Origin: Auanema rhodensis
Lineage: Eukaryota; Animalia; Nematoda
Direction of reading: 5' to 3'
DNA: 64,000 bases
NCBI GenBank assembly: GCA_964057225.1
Contig: OZ059894.1
Span: 24,304,001-24,368,000, forward strand
In this document: in pieces, positions 40,304 through 55,300 of the stretch
Numbering within the stretch: the stretch's first letter is position 1
How the letters are laid out: each line of letters begins with the position of its first letter
Notes under the pieces: model-generated
Told to the model about the DNA's origin: nothing
What the model saw: only the letters and a program-made list of their open reading frames with translations
The model's database searches: none
Position numbers and translations under genes: made by a program

Positions 40304-43300
40304 TTATGCTAATTAAATGTACACGTGATGTGCACTTGGTATGTAACTCGCTTCACGTGAAAGATAAAGAGATGCGGTTTTCAAATATAGATTCCCCATG
40401 TCCATATTAGTCTAAAAACAAATTTTTATTGATATTGGTTCATGGTAACCATGACTTTGAAATTTACGTGAACTTTAATTTATGCTAATTAAATGTACAC
40501 GTGATGGGCACTTGGTATGTAACTCGCTTCACGTGAAAGATAAAGAGATGCGGTTTTCAAAATTAGATTCCCCATGTCCATATTAGTCTAAAAACAAATT
40601 TTTATTGATATTGGTTCATGGTAACCATGACTTTGAAATTTACGTGAACTTTAATTTATGCTAATTAAATGTACACGTGATGTGCACTTGGTATGTAACT
40701 CGCTTCACGTGAAAGATAAAGAGATGCGGTTTTCAAAATTAGATTCCCCATGTCCATATTAGTCTAAAAACAAATTTTTATTGATATTGGTTCATGGTAA
40801 CCATGACTTTGAAATTTACGTGAACTTCAATTTATGCTAATTAAATGTACACGTGATGTGCACTTGGTATGTAACTCGCTTCACGTGAAAGATAAAGAGA
40901 TGCGGTTTTCAAAATTAGATTCCCCATGTCCATATTAGTCTAAAAACAAATTTTTATTGATATTGGTTCATGGTAACCATGACTTTGAACTTTACGTGAA
41001 CTTCAATTTATGCTAATTAAATGTACACGTGATGTGCACTTGGTATGTAACTCGCTTCACGTGAAAGATGAAGAGATGCGGTTTTCAAAATTAGATTCCC
41101 TATGTCCATATTAGTCTAGAAACAAATTTTTATTGATATTGGTTCATGGTAACCATGACTTTGAAATTTACGTGAACTTTAATTTAATGCTAATTAAATA
41201 TACACGTGATGTGCACTTGGTATGTAACTCGCTTCACGTGAAAGATAAAGAGATGCGGTTTTCAAAATTAGATTCCCCATGTCCATATTAGTCTAAAAAC
41301 AAATTTTTATTGATATTGGTTCATGGTAACCATGACTTTGAAATTTACGTGAACTTTAATTTATGCTAATTAAATGTACACGTGATGTGCACTTGGTATG
41401 TAACTCGCTTCACGTGAAAGATAAAGAGATGCGGTTTTCAAAATTAGATTCCCCATGTCCATATTAGTCTAAAAACAAATTTTTATTGATATTGGTTCAT
41501 GGTAACCATGACTTTGAAATTTACGTGAACTTTAATTTATGCTAATTAAATGTACACGTGATGTGCACTTGGTATGTAACTCGTTTCACGTGAAAGATAA
41601 AGAGATGCGGTTTTCAAAATTAGATTCCCCATGTCCATATTAGTCTAAAAACAAATTTTTATTGATATTGGTGCATGGTAACCATGACTTTGAAATTTAC
41701 GTGAACTTTAATTTATGCTAATTAAATGTACACGTGATGTGCCCTTGGTATGTAACTCGCTTCACGTGAAAGATAAAGAGATGCGGTTTTCAAAATTAGA
41801 TTCCCCATGTCCATATTAGTCTAAAAACAAATTTTTATTGATATTGGTTCATGGTAACCATGACTTTGAAATTTACGTGAACTTTAATTTATGCTAATTA
41901 AATGTACACGTGATGTGCTCTTGGTATGTAACTCGCTTCACGTGAAAGATAAAGAGATGCGGTTTTCAAAATTAGATTCCCCATGTCCATATTAGTCTAA
42001 AAACAAATTTTTATTGATATTGGTTCATGGTAACCATGACTTTGAAATTTACGTGAACTTCAATTTATGCTAATTAAATGTACACGTGATGTGCACTTGG
42101 TATGTAACTCGCTTCACGTGAAAGATGAAGAGATGCGGTTTTCAAAATTAGATTCCCTATGTCCATATTAGTCTAAAAACAAATTTTTATTGATATTGGT
42201 TCATGGTAACCATGACTTTGAAATTTACGTGAACTTTAATTTATGCTAATTAAATGTACACGTGATGTGCACTTGGTATGTAACTCGCTTCACGTGAAAG
42301 ATAAAGAGATGCGGTTTTCAAAATTAGATTCCCCATGTCCATATTAGTCTAAAAACAAATTTCTATTGATATTGGTGCATGGTAACCATGACTTTGAAAT
42401 TTACGTGAACTTTAATTTATGCTAATTAAATGTACACGTGATGTGCACTTGGTATGTAACTCGCTTCACGTGAAAGATAAAAAGATGCGGTTTTCAAAAT
42501 TAAATTTCCCATGTCCATATTAGTCTAAAAAAAATTTTTATTGATATTGGTGCATGGTAACCATGACTTTGAAATTTACGTGAACTTTAATTTATGCTAA
42601 TTAAATGTACACGTGATGTGCACTTGGTATGTAACTCGCTTCACGTGAAAGATAAAGAGATGCGGTTTTCAAATATAGATTCCCCATGTCCATATTAGTC
42701 TAAAAACAAATTTTTATTGATATTGGTTCATGGTAACCATGACTTTGAAATTTACGTGAACTTTAATTTATGCTAATTAAATGTACACGTGATGGGCACT
42801 TGGTATGTAACTCGCTTCACGTGAAAGATAAAGAGATGCGGTTTTCAAAATTAGATTCCCCATGTCCATATTAGTCTAAAAACAAATTTTTATTGATATT
42901 GGTTCATGGTAACCATGACTTTGAAATTTACGTGAACTTTAATTTATGCTAATTAAATGTACACGTGATGTGCACTTGGTATGTAACTCGCTTCACGTGA
43001 AAGATAAAGAGATGCGGTTTTCAAAATTAGATTCCCCATGTCCATATTAGTCTAAAAACAAATTTTTATTGATATTGGTTCATGGTAACCATGACTTTGA
43101 AATTTACGTGAACTTTAATTTATGCTAATTAAATGTACACGTGATGTGCACTTGGTATGTAACTCGCTTCACGTGAAAGATAAAGAGATGCGGTTTTCAA
43201 AATTAGATTCCCCATGTCCATATTAGTCTAAAAACAAATTTTTATTGATATTGGTGCATGGTAACCATGACTTTGAAATTTACGTGAACTTTAATTTATG

Positions 43301-46300
43301 CTAATTAAATGTACACGTGATGTGCCCTCGGTATGTAACTCGCTTCACGTGAAAGATAAAGAGATGCGGTTTTCAAAATTAGATTCCCCATGTCCATATT
43401 AGTCTAAAAACAAATTTTTATTGATATTGGTGCATGGTAACCATGACTTTGAAATTTACGTGAACTTTAATTTATGCTAATTAAATGTACACGTGATGTG
43501 CACTTGGTATGTAACTCGCTTCACGTGAAAGATAAAGAAATGCGGTTTTCAAAATTAGATTCCCCATGTCCATATTAGTCTAAAAACAAATTTTTATTGA
43601 TATTGGTGCATGGTAACCATGACTTTGAAATTTACGTGAACTTTAATTTATGCTAATTAAATGTACACGTGATGTGCACTCGGTATGTAACTCGCTTCAC
43701 GTGAAAGATAAAGAGATGCGGTTTTCAAAATTAAATTTCCCATGTCCATATTAGTCTAAAAACAAATTTTTATTGATATTGGTGCATGGTAACCATGACT
43801 TTGAAATTTACGTGAACTTTAATTTATGCTAATTAAATGTACACGTGGTGTGCACTTGGTATGTAACTCGCTTCACGTGAAAGATAAAGAGATGCGGTTT
43901 TCAAAATTAGATTCCCCATGTCCATATTAGTCTAAAAACAAATTTTTATTGATATTGGTTCATGGTAACCATGACTTTGAAATTTACGTGAACTTTAATT
44001 TATGCTAATTAAATGTACACGTGATGTGCACTTGGTATGTAACTCGCTTCACGTGAAAGATAAAAAGATGCGGTTTTCAAAATTAGATTCCCCCTGTCCA
44101 TATTAGTCTAAAAACAAATTTTTATTGATATTGGTTCATGGTAACCATGACTTTGAAATTTACGTGAACTTTAATTTATGCTAATTAAATGTACACGTGA
44201 TGTGCACTTGGTATGTAACTCGCTTCACGTGAAAGATAAAGAGATGCGGTTTTCAAAATTAGATTCCCCATGTCCATATTAGTCTAGAAACAAATTTTTA
44301 TTGATATTGGTTCATGGTAACCATGACTTTGAAATTTACGTGAACTTTAATTTATGCTAATTAAATGTACACGTGATGTGCACTTGGTATGTAACTCGCT
44401 TCACGTGAAAGATAAAGAGATGCGGTTTTCAAAATTAGATTCCCCATGTCCATATTAGTCTAAAAACAAATTTTTATTGATATTGGTGCATGGTAACCAT
44501 GACTTTGAAATTTACGTGAACTTTAATTTATGCTAATTAAATGTACACGTGATGTGCACTTGGTATGTAACTCGCTTCACGTGAAAGATAAAGAGATGCG
44601 GTTTTCAAAATTAGATTCCCCATGTCCATATTAGTCTAAAAACAAATTTTTATTGATATTGGTTCATGGTAACCATGACTTTGAAATTTACGTGAACTTC
44701 AATTTATGCTAATTAAATGTACACGTGATGTGCACTTGGTATGTAACTCGCTTCACGTGAAAGATGAAGAGATGCGGTTTTCAAAATTAGATTCCCTATG
44801 TCCATATTAGTCTAAAAACAAATTTTTATTGATATTGGTTCATGGTAACCATGACTTTGAAATTTACGTGAACTTTAATTTATGCTAATTAAATGTACAC
44901 GTGATGTGCACTTGGTATGTAACTCGCTTCATGTGAAAGATAAAGAGATGCGGTTTTCAAAATTAGATTCCCCATGTCCATATTAGTCTAAAAACAAATT
45001 TTTATTGATATTGGTTCATGGTAACCATGACTTTGAAATTTACGTGAACTTTAATTTATGCTAATTAAATGTACACGTGATGTGCACTTGGTATGTAACT
45101 CGCTTCACGTGAAAGATAAAGAGATGCGGTTTTCAAAATTAGATTCCCCATGTCCATATTAGTCTAAAAACAAATTTTTATTGATATTGGTTCATGGTAA
45201 CCATGACTTTGAAATTTACGTGAACTTTAATTTATGCTAATTAAATGTACACGTGATGTGCACTTGGTATGTAACTCGCTTCACGTGAAAGATAAAGAGA
45301 TGCGGTTTTCAAAATTAGATTCCCCCTGTCCATATTAGTCTAAAAACAAATTTTTATTGATATTGGTTCATGGTAACCATGACTTTGAAATTTACGTGAA
45401 CTTTAATTTATGCTAATTAAATGTACACGTGATGTGCACTTGGTATGTAACTCGCTTCACGTGAAAGATAAAGAGATGCGGTTTTCAAAATTAGATTCCC
45501 AATGTCCATATTAGTCTAAAAACAAATTTTTATTGATATTGGTTCATGGTAACCATGACTTTGAAATTTACGTGAACTTTAATTTATGCTAATTAAATGT
45601 ACACGTGATGTGCACTTGGTATGTAACTCGCTTCACGTGAAAGATAAAGAGATGCGGTTTTCAAAATTAGATTCCCCATGTCCATATTAGTCTAAAAACA
45701 AATGTTTATTGATATTGGTTCATGGTAACCATGACTTTGAAATTTACGTGAACTTCAATTTATGCTAATTAAATGTACACGTGATGTGCACTTGGTATGT
45801 AACTCGCTTCACGTGAAAGATGAAGAGATGCGGTTTTCAAAATTAGATTCCCTATGTCCATATTAGTCTAAAAACAAATTTTTATTGATATTGGTTCATG
45901 GTAACCATGACTTTGAAATTTACGTGAACTTTAATTTATGCTAATTAAATGTACACGTGATGTGCACTTGGTATGTAACTCGCTTCATGTGAAAGATAAA
46001 GAGATGCGGTTTTCAAAATTAGATTCCCCATGTCCATATTAGTCTAAAAACAAATTTTTATTGATATTGGTTCATGGTAACCATGACTTTGAAATTTACG
46101 TGAACTTTAATTTATGCTAATTAAATGTACACGTGATGTGCACTTGGTATGTAACTCGCTTCACGTGAAAGATAAAGAGATGCGGTTTTCAAAATTAGAT
46201 TCCCCATGTCCATATTAGTCTAAAAACAAATTTTTATTGATATTGGTTCATGGTAACCATGACTTTGAAATTTACGTGAACTTTAATTTATGCTAATTAA

Positions 46301-49300
46301 ATGTACACGTGATGTGCACTTGGTATGTAACTCGCTTCACGTGAAAGATAAAGAGATGCGGTTTTCAAAATTAGATTCCCCCTGTCCATATTAGTCTAAA
46401 AACAAATTTTTATTGATATTGGTTCATGGTAACCATGACTTTGAAATTTACGTGAACTTTAATTTATGCTAATTAAATGTACACGTGATGTGCACTTGGT
46501 ATGTAACTCGCTTCACGTGAAAGATAAAGAGATGCGGTTTTCAAAATTAGATTCCCCATGTCCATATTAGTCTAAAAACAAATTTTTATTGATATTGGTT
46601 CATGGTAACCATGACTTTGAAATTTACGTGAACTTTAATTTATGCTAATTAAATGTACACGTGATGTGCACTTGGTATGTAACTCGCTTCACGTGAAAGA
46701 TAAAGAGATGCGGTTTTCAAAATTAGATTCCCCATGTCCATATTAGTCTAAAAACAAATTTTTATTGATATTGGTGCATGGTAACCATGACTTTGAAATT
46801 TACGTGAACTTTAATTTATGCTAATTAAATGTACACGTGATGTGCACTTGGTATGTAACTCGCTTCACGTGAAAGATAAAGAGATGCGGTTTTCAAAATT
46901 AGATTCCCCATGTCCATATTAGTCTAAAAACAAATTTTTATTGATATTGGTTCATGGTAACCATGACTTTGAAATTTACGTGAACTTCAATTTATGCTAA
47001 TTAAATGTACACGTGATGTGCACTTGGTATGTAACTCGCTTCACGTGAAAGATGAAGAGATGCGGTTTTCAAAATTAGATTCCCTATGTCCATATTAGTC
47101 TAAAAACAAATTTTTATTGATATTGGTTCATGGTAACCATGACTTTGAAATTTACGTGAACTTTAATTTATGCTAATTAAATGTACACGTGATGTGCACT
47201 TGGTATGTAACTCGCTTCATGTGAAAGATAAAGAGATGCGGTTTTCAAAATTAGATTCCCCATGTCCATATTAGTCTAAAAACAAATTTTTATTGATATT
47301 GGTTCATGGTAACCATGACTTTGAAATTTACGTGAACTTTAATTTATGCTAATTAAATGTACACGTGATGTGCACTTGGTATGTAACTCGCTTCACGTGA
47401 AAGATAAAGAGATGCGGTTTTCAAAATTAGATTCCCCATGTCCATATTAGTCTAAAAACAAATTTTTATTGATATTGGTTCATGGTAACCATGACTTTGA
47501 AATTTACGTGAACTTTAATTTATGCTAATTAAATGTACACGTGATGTGCACTTGGTATGTAACTCGCTTCACGTGAAAGATAAAGAGATGCGGTTTTCAA
47601 AATTAGATTCCCCCTGTCCATATTAGTCTAAAAACAAATTTTTATTGATATTGGTTCATGGTAACCATGACTTTGAAATTTACGTGAACTTTAATTTATG
47701 CTAATTAAATGTACACGTGATGTGCACTTGGTATGTAACTCGCTTCACGTGAAAGATAAAGAGATGCGGTTTTCAAAATTAGATTCCCAATGTCCATATT
47801 AGTCTAAAAACAAATTTTTATTGATATTGGTTCATGGTAACCATGACTTTGAAATTTACGTGAACTTTAATTTATGCTAATTAAATGTACACGTGATGGG
47901 CACTTGGTATGTAACTCGCTTCACGTGAAAGATAAAGAGATGCGGTTTTCAAATATAGATTCCCCATGTCCATATTAGTCTAAAAACAAATTTTTATTGA
48001 TATTGGTTCATGGTAACCATGACTTTGAAATTTACGTGAACTTTAATTTATGCTAATTAAATGTACACGTGATGGGCACTTGGTATGTAACTCGCTTCAC
48101 GTGAAAGATAAAGAGATGCGGTTTTCAAAATTAGATTCCCCATGTCCATATTAGTCTAAAAACAAATTTTTATTGATATTGGTTCATGGTAACCATGACT
48201 TTGAAATTTACGTGAACTTTAATTTATGCTAATTAAATGTACACGTGATGTGCACTTGGTATGTAACTCGCTTCACGTGAAAGATAAAGAGATGCGGTTT
48301 TCAAAATTAGATTCCCCATGTCCATATTAGTCTAAAAACAAATTTTTATTGATATTGGTTCATGGTAACCATGACTTTGAAATTTACGTGAACTTCAATT
48401 TATGCTAATTAAATGTACACGTGATGTGCACTTGGTATGTAACTCGCTTCACGTGAAAGATAAAGAGATGCGGTTTTCAAAATTAGATTCCCCATGTCCA
48501 TATTAGTCTAAAAACAAATTTTTATTGATATTGGTTCATGGTAACCATGACTTTGAACTTTACGTGAACTTCAATTTATGCTAATTAAATGTACACGTGA
48601 TGTGCACTTGGTATGTAACTCGCTTCACGTGAAAGATGAAGAGATGCGGTTTTCAAAATTAGATTCCCTATGTCCATATTAGTCTAGAAACAAATTTTTA
48701 TTGATATTGGTTCATGGTAACCATGACTTTGAAATTTACGTGAACTTTAATTTAATGCTAATTAAATATACACGTGATGTGCACTTGGTATGTAACTCGC
48801 TTCACGTGAAAGATAAAGAGATGCGGTTTTCAAAATTAGATTCCCCATGTCCATATTAGTCTAAAAACAAATTTTTATTGATATTGGTTCATGGTAACCA
48901 TGACTTTGAAATTTACGTGAACTTTAATTTATGCTAATTAAATGTACACGTGATGTGCACTTGGTATGTAACTCGCTTCACGTGAAAGATAAAGAGATGC
49001 GGTTTTCAAAATTAGATTCCCCATGTCCATATTAGTCTAAAAACAAATTTTTATTGATATTGGTTCATGGTAACCATGACTTTGAAATTTACGTGAACTT
49101 TAATTTATGCTAATTAAATGTACACGTGATGTGCACTTGGTATGTAACTCGCTTCACGTGAAAGATAAAGAGATGCGGTTTTCAAAATTAGATTCCCCCT
49201 GTCCATATTAGTCTAAAAACAAATTTTTATTGATATTGGTTCATGGTAACCATGACTTTGAAATTTACGTGAACTTTAATTTATGCTAATTAAATGTACA

Positions 49301-52300
49301 CGTGATGTGCACTTGGTATGTAACTCGCTTCACGTGAAAGATAAAGAGATGCGGTTTTCAAAATTAGATTCCCAATGTCCATATTAGTCTAAAAACAAAT
49401 TTTTATTGATATTGGTTCATGGTAACCATGACTTTGAAATTTACGTGAACTTTAATTTATGCTAATTAAATGTACACGTGATGGGCACTTGGTATGTAAC
49501 TCGCTTCACGTGAAAGATAAAGAGATGCGGTTTTCAAATATAGATTCCCCATGTCCATATTAGTCTAAAAACAAATTTTTATTGATATTGGTTCATGGTA
49601 ACCATGACTTTGAAATTTACGTGAACTTTAATTTATGCTAATTAAATGTACACGTGATGGGCACTTGGTATGTAACTCGCTTCACGTGAAAGATAAAGAG
49701 ATGCGGTTTTCAAAATTAGATTCCCCATGTCCATATTAGTCTAAAAACAAATTTTTATTGATATTGGTTCATGGTAACCATGACTTTGAAATTTACGTGA
49801 ACTTTAATTTATGCTAATTAAATGTACACGTGATGTGCACTTGGTATGTAACTCGCTTCACGTGAAAGATAAAGAGATGCGGTTTTCAAAATTAGATTCC
49901 CCATGTCCATATTAGTCTAAAAACAAATTTTTATTGATATTGGTTCATGGTAACCATGACTTTGAAATTTACGTGAACTTCAATTTATGCTAATTAAATG
50001 TACACGTGATGTGCACTTGGTATGTAACTCGCTTCACGTGAAAGATAAAGAGATGCGGTTTTCAAAATTAGATTCCCCATGTCCATATTAGTCTAAAAAC
50101 AAATTTTTATTGATATTGGTTCATGGTAACCATGACTTTGAACTTTACGTGAACTTCAATTTATGCTAATTAAATGTACACGTGATGTGCACTTGGTATG
50201 TAACTCGCTTCACGTGAAAGATGAAGAGATGCGGTTTTCAAAATTAGATTCCCTATGTCCATATTAGTCTAGAAACAAATTTTTATTGATATTGGTTCAT
50301 GGTAACCATGACTTTGAAATTTACGTGAACTTTAATTTAATGCTAATTAAATATACACGTGATGTGCACTTGGTATGTAACTCGCTTCACGTGAAAGATA
50401 AAGAGATGCGGTTTTCAAAATTAGATTCCCCATGTCCATATTAGTCTAAAAACAAATTTTTATTGATATTGGTTCATGGTAACCATGACTTTGAAATTTA
50501 CGTGAACTTTAATTTATGCTAATTAAATGTACACGTGATGTGCACTTGGTATGTAACTCGCTTCACGTGAAAGATAAAGAGATGCGGTTTTCAAAATTAG
50601 ATTCCCCATGTCCATATTAGTCTAAAAACAAATTTTTATTGATATTGGTTCATGGTAACCATGACTTTGAAATTTACGTGAACTTTAATTTATGCTAATT
50701 AAATGTACACGTGATGTGCACTTGGTATGTAACTCGTTTCACGTGAAAGATAAAGAGATGCGGTTTTCAAAATTAGATTCCCCATGTCCATATTAGTCTA
50801 AAAACAAATTTTTATTGATATTGGTGCATGGTAACCATGACTTTGAAATTTACGTGAACTTTAATTTATGCTAATTAAATGTACACGTGATGTGCCCTTG
50901 GTATGTAACTCGCTTCACGTGAAAGATAAAGAGATGCGGTTTTCAAAATTAGATTCCCCATGTCCATATTAGTCTAAAAACAAATTTTTATTGATATTGG
51001 TTCATGGTAACCATGACTTTGAAATTTACGTGAACTTTAATTTATGCTAATTAAATGTACACGTGATGTGCTCTTGGTATGTAACTCGCTTCACGTGAAA
51101 GATAAAGAGATGCGGTTTTCAAAATTAGATTCCCCATGTCCATATTAGTCTAAAAACAAATTTTTATTGATATTGGTTCATGGTAACCATGACTTTGAAA
51201 TTTACGTGAACTTCAATTTATGCTAATTAAATGTACACGTGATGTGCACTTGGTATGTAACTCGCTTCACGTGAAAGATGAAGAGATGCGGTTTTCAAAA
51301 TTAGATTCCCTATGTCCATATTAGTCTAAAAACAAATTTTTATTGATATTGGTTCATGGTAACCATGACTTTGAAATTTACGTGAACTTTAATTTATGCT
51401 AATTAAATGTACACGTGATGTGCACTTGGTATGTAACTCGCTTCACGTGAAAGATAAAGAGATGCGGTTTTCAAAATTAGATTCCCCATGTCCATATTAG
51501 TCTAAAAACAAATTTCTATTGATATTGGTGCATGGTAACCATGACTTTGAAATTTACGTGAACTTTAATTTATGCTAATTAAATGTACACGTGATGTGCA
51601 CTTGGTATGTAACTCGCTTCACGTGAAAGATAAAAAGATGCGGTTTTCAAAATTAAATTTCCCATGTCCATATTAGTCTAAAAAAAATTTTTATTGATAT
51701 TGGTGCATGGTAACCATGACTTTGAAATTTACGTGAACTTTAATTTATGCTAATTAAATGTACACGTGATGTGCACTTGGTATGTAACTCGCTTCACGTG
51801 AAAGATAAAGAGATGCGGTTTTCAAATATAGATTCCCCATGTCCATATTAGTCTAAAAACAAATTTTTATTGATATTGGTTCATGGTAACCATGACTTTG
51901 AAATTTACGTGAACTTTAATTTATGCTAATTAAATGTACACGTGATGGGCACTTGGTATGTAACTCGCTTCACGTGAAAGATAAAGAGATGCGGTTTTCA
52001 AAATTAGATTCCCCATGTCCATATTAGTCTAAAAACAAATTTTTATTGATATTGGTTCATGGTAACCATGACTTTGAAATTTACGTGAACTTTAATTTAT
52101 GCTAATTAAATGTACACGTGATGTGCACTTGGTATGTAACTCGCTTCACGTGAAAGATAAAGAGATGCGGTTTTCAAAATTAGATTCCCCATGTCCATAT
52201 TAGTCTAAAAACAAATTTTTATTGATATTGGTTCATGGTAACCATGACTTTGAAATTTACGTGAACTTTAATTTATGCTAATTAAATGTACACGTGATGT

Positions 52301-55300
52301 GCACTTGGTATGTAACTCGCTTCACGTGAAAGATAAAGAGATGCGGTTTTCAAAATTAGATTCCCCATGTCCATATTAGTCTAAAAACAAATTTTTATTG
52401 ATATTGGTGCATGGTAACCATGACTTTGAAATTTACGTGAACTTTAATTTATGCTAATTAAATGTACACGTGATGTGCCCTCGGTATGTAACTCGCTTCA
52501 CGTGAAAGATAAAGAGATGCGGTTTTCAAAATTAGATTCCCCATGTCCATATTAGTCTAAAAACAAATTTTTATTGATATTGGTGCATGGTAACCATGAC
52601 TTTGAAATTTACGTGAACTTTAATTTATGCTAATTAAATGTACACGTGATGTGCACTTGGTATGTAACTCGCTTCACGTGAAAGATAAAGAAATGCGGTT
52701 TTCAAAATTAGATTCCCCATGTCCATATTAGTCTAAAAACAAATTTTTATTGATATTGGTGCATGGTAACCATGACTTTGAAATTTACGTGAACTTTAAT
52801 TTATGCTAATTAAATGTACACGTGATGTGCACTCGGTATGTAACTCGCTTCACGTGAAAGATAAAGAGATGCGGTTTTCAAAATTAAATTTCCCATGTCC
52901 ATATTAGTCTAAAAACAAATTTTTATTGATATTGGTGCATGGTAACCATGACTTTGAAATTTACGTGAACTTTAATTTATGCTAATTAAATGTACACGTG
53001 GTGTGCACTTGGTATGTAACTCGCTTCACGTGAAAGATAAAGAGATGCGGTTTTCAAAATTAGATTCCCCATGTCCATATTAGTCTAAAAACAAATTTTT
53101 ATTGATATTGGTTCATGGTAACCATGACTTTGAAATTTACGTGAACTTTAATTTATGCTAATTAAATGTACACGTGATGTGCACTTGGTATGTAACTCGC
53201 TTCACGTGAAAGATAAAAAGATGCGGTTTTCAAAATTAGATTCCCCCTGTCCATATTAGTCTAAAAACAAATTTTTATTGATATTGGTTCATGGTAACCA
53301 TGACTTTGAAATTTACGTGAACTTTAATTTATGCTAATTAAATGTACACGTGATGTGCACTTGGTATGTAACTCGCTTCACGTGAAAGATAAAGAGATGC
53401 GGTTTTCAAAATTAGATTCCCCATGTCCATATTAGTCTAGAAACAAATTTTTATTGATATTGGTTCATGGTAACCATGACTTTGAAATTTACGTGAACTT
53501 TAATTTATGCTAATTAAATGTACACGTGATGTGCACTTGGTATGTAACTCGCTTCACGTGAAAGATAAAGAGATGCGGTTTTCAAAATTAGATTCCCCAT
53601 GTCCATATTAGTCTAAAAACAAATTTTTATTGATATTGGTGCATGGTAACCATGACTTTGAAATTTACGTGAACTTTAATTTATGCTAATTAAATGTACA
53701 CGTGATGTGCACTTGGTATGTAACTCGCTTCACGTGAAAGATAAAGAGATGCGGTTTTCAAAATTAGATTCCCCATGTCCATATTAGTCTAAAAACAAAT
53801 TTTTATTGATATTGGTTCATGGTAACCATGACTTTGAAATTTACGTGAACTTCAATTTATGCTAATTAAATGTACACGTGATGTGCACTTGGTATGTAAC
53901 TCGCTTCACGTGAAAGATGAAGAGATGCGGTTTTCAAAATTAGATTCCCTATGTCCATATTAGTCTAAAAACAAATTTTTATTGATATTGGTTCATGGTA
54001 ACCATGACTTTGAAATTTACGTGAACTTTAATTTATGCTAATTAAATGTACACGTGATGTGCACTTGGTATGTAACTCGCTTCATGTGAAAGATAAAGAG
54101 ATGCGGTTTTCAAAATTAGATTCCCCATGTCCATATTAGTCTAAAAACAAATTTTTATTGATATTGGTTCATGGTAACCATGACTTTGAAATTTACGTGA
54201 ACTTTAATTTATGCTAATTAAATGTACACGTGATGTGCACTTGGTATGTAACTCGCTTCACGTGAAAGATAAAGAGATGCGGTTTTCAAAATTAGATTCC
54301 CCATGTCCATATTAGTCTAAAAACAAATTTTTATTGATATTGGTTCATGGTAACCATGACTTTGAAATTTACGTGAACTTTAATTTATGCTAATTAAATG
54401 TACACGTGATGTGCACTTGGTATGTAACTCGCTTCACGTGAAAGATAAAGAGATGCGGTTTTCAAAATTAGATTCCCCCTGTCCATATTAGTCTAAAAAC
54501 AAATTTTTATTGATATTGGTTCATGGTAACCATGACTTTGAAATTTACGTGAACTTTAATTTATGCTAATTAAATGTACACGTGATGTGCACTTGGTATG
54601 TAACTCGCTTCACGTGAAAGATAAAGAGATGCGGTTTTCAAAATTAGATTCCCAATGTCCATATTAGTCTAAAAACAAATTTTTATTGATATTGGTTCAT
54701 GGTAACCATGACTTTGAAATTTACGTGAACTTTAATTTATGCTAATTAAATGTACACGTGATGTGCACTTGGTATGTAACTCGCTTCACGTGAAAGATAA
54801 AGAGATGCGGTTTTCAAAATTAGATTCCCCATGTCCATATTAGTCTAAAAACAAATGTTTATTGATATTGGTTCATGGTAACCATGACTTTGAAATTTAC
54901 GTGAACTTCAATTTATGCTAATTAAATGTACACGTGATGTGCACTTGGTATGTAACTCGCTTCACGTGAAAGATGAAGAGATGCGGTTTTCAAAATTAGA
55001 TTCCCTATGTCCATATTAGTCTAAAAACAAATTTTTATTGATATTGGTTCATGGTAACCATGACTTTGAAATTTACGTGAACTTTAATTTATGCTAATTA
55101 AATGTACACGTGATGTGCACTTGGTATGTAACTCGCTTCATGTGAAAGATAAAGAGATGCGGTTTTCAAAATTAGATTCCCCATGTCCATATTAGTCTAA
55201 AAACAAATTTTTATTGATATTGGTTCATGGTAACCATGACTTTGAAATTTACGTGAACTTTAATTTATGCTAATTAAATGTACACGTGATGTGCACTTGG

